From positions 1 through 13,580 of IMG/VR virus record IMGVR_UViG_3300012984_000013: 13,580 nucleotides of DNA; one strand, given 5' to 3'. This stretch comes from a virus. Taxonomy: Duplodnaviria > Heunggongvirae > Uroviricota > Caudoviricetes. Under the pieces are notes generated by a model. That model was given only the letters and a program-made list of their open reading frames with translations, was not told the origin of the DNA and did no database searches. Of the stretch, positions 1 to 8,100 are shown piece after piece (within the stretch, counting starts at the first letter, position 1; the number at the start of each line of letters is the position of its first letter). A program made the translations under genes and the position numbers.

Positions 1-16
1 ATCCTCTTATTCTATA

Positions 17-2584
17 TCATATAGTTTTATTATCATTTCTATCTACCATATATTCATTAAAATTTCTAGTAATACTAATATTTATATCTTTATATACACC
101 ATTTTCAGAAGAAGATGATTGTAATTGATAACTAATATAATCATTAGTTAAATATGCTGATATTTTAGCCCAAATTGCATCAAATATTACACCATGACCT
201 GCATTATTAGCATGTATTCCATCTCCTGCATAGTAAGCTGGTATATATTTAGCAGGTGCCCCTGCTGTATAGGCTTGGGCTAATGGAGTAAATACATCAA
301 CAACAAATGGCCCTACATCAGGATCATTTTTTATTAATGTTACAAAATCATATAATCTTTGCTGTTCAGCTACTGTAAATCCATCTCTAGGTTGAGTTGT
401 TGTTATGAAACAAGGTACTCCCTTACTTTTAGCTTTGTTGAAGATTAACTTTAAATTAGCTAAAAATTGAGCATTTGTATTGAAACTAATGTCATTGGAT
501 GGTAAACTTACTATTAATATATCTAAATTTAGACATAATAAAGCATCCACATTCCTATTCCAATCAGATAATGCGGATGAACCGTCTGGTACATAATAAT
601 CACTATATGTACCATTTACAGCATTGTATAGGAATTCTCCATTTGGTATAGTTGCTACTTGAGCAGCTAGTCTTTCATGTAATTTAAAACCTGTGGTAGC
701 ACCAGTACCAAATAATGTAGATGATCCTAAAGCTCCTACCCTCAATCCATTACTTAACTTCGCCCAAGGTTTACCAAATTTTAATAATATTTGGTTATCT
801 CCTTGTTCCTCTGCCACTAAGGATAATTCACTTTTAAAACCTCCTATAGTAGACATCCTAGCAACTGCATTTGGAGTATTAATTACTATACTTGGAGCTA
901 CAGGTGTGATATTATCTAATAATCCTATTCCTAAATAATTAAAAGGATCATCTGATTCTAATCTAAAATCATCAGAAGGATATGGACTTTGATCAAAATA
1001 TTGTATTTCCCATGCAGCATCAGACACTCCTTGAGGCTCATTTCCCGCATTATTATCTATTTTTGATCTATAATGAAGAGATTTATAAACACACCAGTCA
1101 CCAGTATTAAAGACTAGAGGTTGTCCTTTATTAGTTCCAGATGCAGGAAATCCTGAGGATGTACCGATAGTTGCAGTCCACCTTTTTAATTTTGAAAAAT
1201 TAAAATCTGAAGGATATCCTGACTGTACAAATTTTAAAGTTGCTATTGATGGAGTTGATGTATTGCCTGATACACTAACATTCGGATTAGAAGCACCGTT
1301 TCTAATAAACGCTTTACCTGTTTGATATCTATTATTTTGTACTTGAATTGGTATAACAGTATTTGCAATATCCCAAATTGTATTTTGATCAGTTGCTGAA
1401 GGATATACTAAATTGTATCCAAAAGTTAAATCATAAAACCAATTATTATTAATTTTATAACCTGTAATACCATCATTTGCAGGACCAATATAACCACCAA
1501 GATTCTTAGAAGTATAGAAAAGATTGTTGTTGATCTCGATATCATTACCTGCAATTGGGGTATCAGGAGTACCACCTGAACCAGAAGCATTACTTAATGT
1601 AATAAAGTATTCACCAGCACTATGTACAATATTATTTCTAAAATATACAGGACCAAATCGAGTATTTAATTGAACTGCCCTGTCTTGAAATCTCTGAAAA
1701 GGGTCAGTCCAAGATAGATCAGTAAATATATAATTATTATAGAAATCACACCCCGCTCCAACATTACTAGCTTGAAATTCACAGCCAGAGCGAACAAATC
1801 TATTATTATATACTTTTACATTTCTTAAAGTATGTTGATTTGTACTATTTATATTGTATCCTAAATAGATAGGTTCCTCACAATGGTCATGGCCATATAT
1901 ATCATGTAGAGAGAACTCCATATCCTCAAATGTATCTGGGTTATCTTCCTTTATGTTAAATAAAGTACCTCCTCCATCTCTACATTCAATATATTCAATC
2001 TCAAAATTGTTAGCCATTCTAACAGTAGCAGTACCACCTATACCAACATGTATAGAGGTTTTATCTGTCCACTCTTTATCACAAAGAAATCCATATCTAT
2101 CTCTAGTATTTCTATAAGAAACAGCATGTCCCTGATATTGAGAGTCGCCTGTTTTGTTGGCATAATTATATCTACCTGTCCATTTCCAATAGATTGCTCC
2201 TGAAAATCCATAACTTTTGGATCTTACCTGACCTCCATAGTTAGTTAAAATTATAGGATTTAAAGCAGTTCCTGTAATATCAGGCATTTCCATCCTAATA
2301 TAGTCATATATACCCCCTTTTATAAGGATTTTCTTACCTGGAGCAAGATCTACTCCTCCATTATAACTACTAATAAGATTACTAAAACTAACTCTAATAT
2401 CTATAGCTCCATTAGGATATGTTGAATTTGGTCCAATATTAGGACTATCAATAATCATATCACCAATAGTAGCATTGTGAATCTGATTCTGATCATTTAT
2501 ATCAGCTATTCTCCAACCTGTATTGGTAGTTATAGGAGGGGCACCTGTATACCCTATACCAGAAAGAATACCTTTAATATTCAT
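17..2584 (-). CDS. Probable tail-associated polysaccharide depolymerase/esterase: right-handed parallel beta-helix + CBM5/12-like insert + SGNH/GDSL hydrolase within an FN3-like domain; may extend past the TGA at 17-19
   Basis: 855-aa ORF. aa ~75-445 show beta-helix-type repeats (PGKKILIKGGIY, GTALNPIILTNYGGQV, NVKVYNNRF, DFYNNYI, YFRNNIV, IEINNNLF, YKINNNWF). aa ~469-526 contain FNTGDWCVYKSLHYRSK...W, like CBM5/12. aa ~613-812 have all four SGNH blocks (GALGSST, NAVNG, LPSND, GDGIHANNAGH). Lies directly after a tail-fibre-like gene. Confidence 0.75.
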   Translation of the reverse strand: MNIKGILSGIGYTGAPPITTNTGWRIADINDQNQIHNATIGDMIIDSPNIGPNSTYPNGAIDIRVSFSNLISSYNGGVDLAPGKKILIKGGIYDYIRMEMPDITGTALNPIILTNYGGQVRSKSYGFSGAIYWKWTGRYNYANKTGDSQYQGHAVSYRNTRDRYGFLCDKEWTDKTSIHVGIGGTATVRMANNFEIEYIECRDGGGTLFNIKEDNPDTFEDMEFSLHDIYGHDHCEEPIYLGYNINSTNQHTLRNVKVYNNRFVRSGCEFQASNVGAGCDFYNNYIFTDLSWTDPFQRFQDRAVQLNTRFGPVYFRNNIVHSAGEYFITLSNASGSGGTPDTPIAGNDIEINNNLFYTSKNLGGYIGPANDGITGYKINNNWFYDLTFGYNLVYPSATDQNTIWDIANTVIPIQVQNNRYQTGKAFIRNGASNPNVSVSGNTSTPSIATLKFVQSGYPSDFNFSKLKRWTATIGTSSGFPASGTNKGQPLVFNTGDWCVYKSLHYRSKIDNNAGNEPQGVSDAAWEIQYFDQSPYPSDDFRLESDDPFNYLGIGLLDNITPVAPSIVINTPNAVARMSTIGGFKSELSLVAEEQGDNQILLKFGKPWAKLSNGLRVGALGSSTLFGTGATTGFKLHERLAAQVATIPNGEFLYNAVNGTYSDYYVPDGSSALSDWNRNVDALLCLNLDILIVSLPSNDISFNTNAQFLANLKLIFNKAKSKGVPCFITTTQPRDGFTVAEQQRLYDFVTLIKNDPDVGPFVVDVFTPLAQAYTAGAPAKYIPAYYAGDGIHANNAGHGVIFDAIWAKISAYLTNDYISYQLQSSSSENGVYKDINISITRNFNEYMVDRNDNKTI

Positions 2585-2587
2585 CTA

Positions 2588-4675
2588 TTATCTATATTCG
2601 TATTTAATATACCCACTAAATACTGTAGCAACTGGAGCAGTTGACCAAGTAGTAGGATTTACCATTTTTATCTCCACGTAATGATTAGCATCTACATCTA
2701 CTGACATAGCTGAATTTGTCCATATTCTTTCTCCAGTTGATACTCCTATTGTTTGAATGAGTGTATCAGTGGTTCCATCTACTCTTACATACATTGACCA
2801 GTTTTCATTAGATCCAGCAGTTGTAGATTGAGAATATATTTCAACATGGGTTATTCTAATATTATCTCTGAAATATATTTTTCGTATATTTGAAGTAGTA
2901 GTAGGTGTATTAGGGTGTATACCGAAGTAATAAGTTGTATTTTGGTTAAGATTGCTACTATGACCTAATAAGTTTAAAACAGATCTACCTATAGTAGTTA
3001 CATCCCTAATTTCTATTGCTCCTGTACTACTATCTCTTGTAAGAATTTGAGTATTAGCACTACCAGTAGCTGGAGTTTGTGTTAATTTGATTATACCTGT
3101 TAGACTATCTAGTTCTATATTACCATCTGCACCAGAACCATTTTTAGCTCCAGATTTTAATAAAATACTACCTCCAGGGTTATTTCCTGTAGTGTATGCG
3201 GCACCACCAAATAATTTAAGTGCTCCTCCATTAACTGTTGAAGCTATACCTGCCTTACCTTTAATATTAAAGGTTGCTGAATTTGATGCAGTAAGTAAAT
3301 GTTCTATTGTAAGATCATCTCCACTATTTTCTCCAAATATAGAGAGGTTACTTGAGTAGGCGCCTATTCTTACCTTGGCTGTGTTACCTTTACCTGTTAT
3401 ATACAGGTCAGCAGTAGCATCCGCTGATCCTACAGTTAGTGATTTTGTACCAGCAATACTAGAGTTACCTAAAGTAATCCCGTCTACTGTTAATATATTT
3501 GTTGTACTATTATATTCAAATCCAGCTTCGCTGCCTACAGTTCCAGATCCAGTAAAATATGCTACTTGTCCACTAGTTCCTGATCCACCAAGTTTAGCAT
3601 TCCAGGTAGAGGCAGACCCTATTCTGGCATCTGCTAACGTACCTGCCCAAGTAATTGTATGATTACTTCCACTTGACACTATTGTAATATTAGTATCATC
3701 TACAAAAAATTGCGTACTTGAAGTAAGTCCGTTTATAGAGGTTATTCCTCCTCCGCCTCCTAATGTTCCTAAAGCTCCCCATGCCATCCATATACCACCA
3801 CCTCTATGTTGAAAAGTTACAGCAGTATTATCAGTAAGCATTGTTGTGGCAACGCCCTCTATTGTTCCAGTTAATGATATATCCCCAGATCCAGCACCTT
3901 TTACTAAGGTAAACGAATGATCCAGCATAACTGACCCAGTAAGATCTATATTAATTGGATTTGTATTAACACAAACTATTGTTTTTCCAAAATCCCCATC
4001 ATTAATAAGGCGATATGCATTAGGATCTAACTCATGAGGATTTTTAAGAACATTATACCAATATCCACCTACTCTAGCATATAGATCAGTAATTGTACTA
4101 CTACTATTGTAGTATATATCACCATTTGCTGGAGTACTAGGGGTGCCTGAATAAGAACCTACATTTATACCAGCATTAGTAGAATTTGGAGTATAGGTAT
4201 GTTTACCTATCCAAGTTTTAACTATATTAGTATCAATTGTCCATACTGTTCCACTACTAGATACAGTAATATCTCCTTTATCACCATCTGTTACCCCACC
4301 TCCTGATGAAGATATAGTAAAGTTAGGATAAATACCTGTAATAGTAACATTTGATCCTTCACTAAGGGTTACTACCTGATCAGGTGCAGTATTAGTAATA
4401 GTAATAGCAGGAGTAGTTATAGGATTAGCTACAAATACACTAATTCCTGTACCTCCAACAGCACTTACTGATGTTACAGTTCCACTACCTCCACCTGAAG
4501 TAATGGTGGAGAATTTCTCATCTATTTTCTGAAGTAATACCTGTAAACTATCATTAGTATTACCTTCTATATAAGGGAGAGTTTCTCCTTCATATATAAC
4601 ACACATACTGCTAAGAAGAATTTGACATCCTCCAGATAGGCATAATGCTGTCTTGTTTGAACAATTACAAGGCAT
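2588..4675 (-). CDS. Tail fibre / receptor-binding-like structural protein
   Basis: 695-aa ORF rich in Gly/Thr/Ser. Has a Cys-rich N-terminal module (CVIYEGETL...SLQVLLQKI), fibre-shaft-type motifs (GTVTSV, DGDKGDITVSSSGTVWTID, ITSINGLT, GTSGQVAYFTG) and a beta-rich C-terminal domain. Sits among virion genes. Confidence 0.7.
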   Translation of the reverse strand: MPCNCSNKTALCLSGGCQILLSSMCVIYEGETLPYIEGNTNDSLQVLLQKIDEKFSTITSGGGSGTVTSVSAVGGTGISVFVANPITTPAITITNTAPDQVVTLSEGSNVTITGIYPNFTISSSGGGVTDGDKGDITVSSSGTVWTIDTNIVKTWIGKHTYTPNSTNAGINVGSYSGTPSTPANGDIYYNSSSTITDLYARVGGYWYNVLKNPHELDPNAYRLINDGDFGKTIVCVNTNPINIDLTGSVMLDHSFTLVKGAGSGDISLTGTIEGVATTMLTDNTAVTFQHRGGGIWMAWGALGTLGGGGGITSINGLTSSTQFFVDDTNITIVSSGSNHTITWAGTLADARIGSASTWNAKLGGSGTSGQVAYFTGSGTVGSEAGFEYNSTTNILTVDGITLGNSSIAGTKSLTVGSADATADLYITGKGNTAKVRIGAYSSNLSIFGENSGDDLTIEHLLTASNSATFNIKGKAGIASTVNGGALKLFGGAAYTTGNNPGGSILLKSGAKNGSGADGNIELDSLTGIIKLTQTPATGSANTQILTRDSSTGAIEIRDVTTIGRSVLNLLGHSSNLNQNTTYYFGIHPNTPTTTSNIRKIYFRDNIRITHVEIYSQSTTAGSNENWSMYVRVDGTTDTLIQTIGVSTGERIWTNSAMSVDVDANHYVEIKMVNPTTWSTAPVATVFSGYIKYEYR

Positions 4676-4712
4676 AAGTTAATTAAATTAATGTACTAAC
4701 GGGAATTGTTAG

Positions 4713-5054
4713 TTACGGTGCTGTAGTAGTGGTAGTAGTGGTGCTACTTGTACTTGTGGTAGTTGTAGTGGTTGCGATTGCACCAATTAAACCCCAGTTT
4801 GGAGAAGTGGTCCCCATTCCTATATATAGGAATTGAGAAGAATTATCAATATAAAGTTGACCTTTAAATTTAGGAACAACAGATGGTACACCTGTACCTT
4901 CCAAAGCTTTAAAAGTATTATTGATAGCGAGGAGTATTTCATCCAAGGAGGTAAGGGGTGGGATTTCTATGGTTGATAGAATCTCACCAGCGTATATAAC
5001 ACAGGCTGCATTAACATACGTTGCACATGTAGGACAAATATCTGCTACTCTCAT
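4713..5054 (-). CDS. Small structural protein with Cys-rich N-terminal module and poly-Thr/Ser C-terminal tail (tail-fibre-related)
   Basis: 113-aa ORF. aa 18-48 align without gaps to aa 25-55 of the 695-aa protein (14/31 identical). Ends in 17 consecutive Thr/Ser residues. Preceded by a TAAATTTG element. Confidence 0.75.
   Translation of the reverse strand: MRVADICPTCATYVNAACVIYAGEILSTIEIPPLTSLDEILLAINNTFKALEGTGVPSVVPKFKGQLYIDNSSQFLYIGMGTTSPNWGLIGAIATTTTTTSTSSTTTTTTTAP
4722..4772 (-). repeat. Low-complexity ACN/AGY codon run encoding TTTTTTSTSSTTTTTTT
   Basis: Read directly: ACC ACT ACA ACT ACC ACA AGT ACA AGT AGC ACC ACT ACT ACC ACT ACT ACA on the minus strand. Confidence 0.95.
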
Positions 5055-5061
5055 AATTTTG

Positions 5062-5069
5062 CAAATTTA
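5062..5069 (-). promoter_or_regulatory. Putative Bacteroidota sigma70 -7 promoter element (TAnnTTTG)
   Basis: Minus strand reads TAAATTTG followed by CAAAATT-ATG of the 113-aa gene. It lies in the largest intergenic gap of the window. No clear -33 TTTG is visible, and the motif also occurs by chance inside CDSs. Confidence 0.5.
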
Positions 5070-5103
5070 ATGAATTTTTGGGTAATAAAAAGGGGTATTT
5101 TGA

Positions 5104-5131
5104 ATCCTTATGCATAATATAGCATAAGGAT
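5104..5131. repeat. Perfect 10-bp inverted repeat with 8-nt loop (possible terminator, processing or stabilising hairpin)
   Basis: ATCCTTATGC-ataatata-GCATAAGGAT, starting 5 nt after the TAA of the 1627-aa gene. No U-tract directly follows the stem on either strand. Confidence 0.8.
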
Positions 5132-5136
5132 AAAGA

Positions 5137-8100
5137 TTATCTCATAGCTCTGGCTTCTGCTGAAACTCTGATGCCCATTTCCTTAGCTGCTTCAGGGTCT
5201 ATAATAGGAAGAATTTCATTTTGAATCTGTGATCCAACAGGCATTAAATTAAGGAAATACTTCAAAGGATGAGTTTTATCGATCATTTGTTGATCATCTA
5301 TAGCTCTAGCATAAGTCTCTTTACCTAAAGCTTCAAAGAATCTTTCAGCTTTTACAGCCAGTCCTAAAGCTGGAATAACACTTCCTCTAGTCATAGATTC
5401 AAAAGAAAGTGGGTTATAATAGAACCAAAGTTCATCCATTATCTTATTTGAGGCTTTTGCCCAGAACTTATATTGATTTATAGAATGCTTATCATCCTCA
5501 TCTTCAGGAGGTTCTGCTAACTTAACAGCTACAACTAGACCTACTAAACCAGCTAAAATGTAGAGTTCTTTTACCTGATTCTGGATTTCATCCCTCATTA
5601 GGTCATAAAACTCCTGTTCTGAAATCTCTAATTCCTGACCTGTTTTCTGGTAGTAAGCTTCTTTTTTCTTGTCGTATATATCCTTTAATATAGATAGACC
5701 TTTATCTGTACCAAGTAAGATGTCTCTAATATTGGCGATATTCCTGAAACCAAGATGCTGTATTGTTTTTACAAATGCTCTGGTTCTACCATATTCCCAC
5801 TGATCTAGCTCTAAATTCTTGTTTATATCCAGAGTTCTCAAGGAAACTTGCTTAGGAATCCAACCTTTAAACATCATAAAAGACTTCAAGATAGTATCTC
5901 TACGATAGTCAGCTTTGTTATTTTGGTTCATCTGACCACTTAAATTCCTAGTATATTCGATGATTTTAACCCTATATTTGGCTAATTCCTCATCTGATAC
6001 TCCAGGTATATCAACACCTTCATCTGTCAATTTGGCTACTTTTACTAAAGACTTTTCATCTTTTAGCTTTTTAACCCTATTTTCATATGATTTTTCTAAC
6101 TCTCTACGATCTTCATAAGCTAAATCTTTCTTAGCTTCTCTATCCTGTTCCCTTACATACTGTCTAATATTGACCATTTTACCATCCACTATCATTGTAT
6201 TTTCAAGAAATGATAATGCACTGGCAAACTGTAGTAGTCTATCAGGAAATGAGTTAGTAACCATCATAACATCATGGAATGTCCATGTATTAATATAGTC
6301 TAGAAATCCTTGTTTTTTGGCTAACTTTCGTCTAGCTTCCTGAGAAGAATCCTCATTTAATGGAACTATTTTATCTAACAGTCCTTTTTCTAACGAAGAA
6401 AGGGTATTTGTGGTTATTTTGGCGTTATTTTTCTCAAATTCTTTGAAGGTTATTAATCTACCAGCATTAATAGCAGCTTGCATATTAAAACCTACATAGT
6501 TAGGAATAGCAACAAGGAGCTTTAAACCTACAGCTAACGATTGAACTAGTTTATTAGCATTAGTAAGTGCCTTTTTAGTAGACAATTTTGTTTCTTCTTT
6601 AGATTCTTCAGTAGAATCAGGTTTTGCAACATCTACAGCTTTTGACAATCCTATATTACCAATAGATGATAAGTTTTCACTTAATCCATAAACAGCATCA
6701 TCTATGATAGTTTCTAGAATAGCAGAATTTTTCTCATTTTCTTCAATAGTTTTAGGTACTCCTCCTTCAAATATAGGTCTACCAGAAGAATCAGTTACTA
6801 TTCTACCTTTGTTTTTCTCTACATTATGAAGAACTAACAGAGTATTTTCTATGTTTCTAGAGCTTTCATATTGGCTAAGTGCCTTTATCCAGAGAGCGCC
6901 TACTTTTGTAATATCTGTAGATAACTGACCAACAGCTTTATTACTTCTGGTGAATAACTTAGGAATTTCCTTCTTAAGTTCACCTGTTTCTTCATCTATT
7001 TTAGAATAAGCAGCTTCTTCCTCTGCTCTTACAGTATAAGAGTCTTTTAGTATTTGACCAGATTCAGTAAGTAGATTATTAGTTTTAAGAAGCTTTTCAA
7101 TAATAGTAGCCTCCATTAATGGAAAGAATGAAAGTCCATTTCTTCCTGATAGATAGCCAAGTTGTCTTGCTTTTATGTTTAGGTCTGTAAAGAACTGCCA
7201 TGTTTTTCTGGCTGTTTCTGACATTTCTTTGTATTCCTTAGACAAGTGATCTTCTTCTTTAAGAGAATCCCAGAATAAACGTTTAAAGTCATAGTCCTCA
7301 TATCCATTAAAATCCTTAGATTCTATGTCAAGAGATTGATGAATTTTAGTAATTGCTTGCTTTCTCTTAAAGTCATCAAATCTTTTATCATCAGAGTAGT
7401 GTTTTTTATTCTCCTCTTCTTCTCGTCTAGTTATAACTTCTTTAGAAAGTTTATTATACTTCTCCATATCCATATTCTCTATGAAGAAATCCTTTTTCTT
7501 TTCTTTTCTATTCTTAAAGACATCCTTTTTAAACTCAGGGTCTATTTTAGAGATCAATTGAAGTCCTTTACTGGTTACATTTCCTATAAGACTAAATGCA
7601 GATTTACCCTTTGCTTTAGCTTCTTTTTCAAGTTCTACCAGTAAAGGAGATAATTTATCTGTTAATTTAGTAACTACTATATCTACCAGACTTTTAGCTT
7701 TCAAAATGAGATTAGAAGCTAATCTAACAATCTTGGAGGATAATTTTGAACCCTCAAGAAATGTTTTAGCAAAGCTACCTATCTCTATTTCTGGAGATAA
7801 TACACTTTCGCCAAGTCCTTCTTTAGTTGCTTTATATACTGTATAGTTATTAAATATATCTTTAATTCTATCTAACATTCTCCTTGTAGAAGATGATATC
7901 TTCTCAAGAGAGGTAAGTAGATCTTTATCATCCTCTGATAAACCATCTTTTGGAAAGTGTTTCAAGAAAGCTTCATCTAATGACGCAAACTTACCAGCAC
8001 TTTCTTGAATATCAAGAAGTTCACCAAGTCTAAGGTTTATTTCATCATTAGAAAGTTTAGTATAATCAACATCTTCAAAAGACTTAAATACCTTTGCTGC

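Noticed and set aside
12-20. ATGA overlap suggesting a coupled downstream gene starting at 20
   Set aside because: That frame reads ATG ATA TAG and ends after two codons. It would only be open under TAG reassignment, for which the window gives no support.
693-938. 81-aa plus-strand ORF
   Set aside because: Antisense shadow of the SGNH/FN3 region of the 855-aa gene; no recognisable motif.
2588-3000. Fibre C-terminal domain as a diversity-generating retroelement target
   Set aside because: No template repeat, near-duplicate segment or reverse transcriptase is visible in this window.
3087-3662. Two in-frame plus-strand ORFs (90 and 95 aa)
   Set aside because: Antisense to the Gly/Thr/Ser-rich fibre gene, whose codons rarely give stops on the opposite strand. 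The Pro/Val/Ala-rich translation is the expected mirror.
4695-4713. Small stem ACTAAC-AATTCCC-GTTAGT after the 113-aa gene
   Set aside because: Only 6 bp, AT-rich and without a U-tract; expected by chance at this composition.
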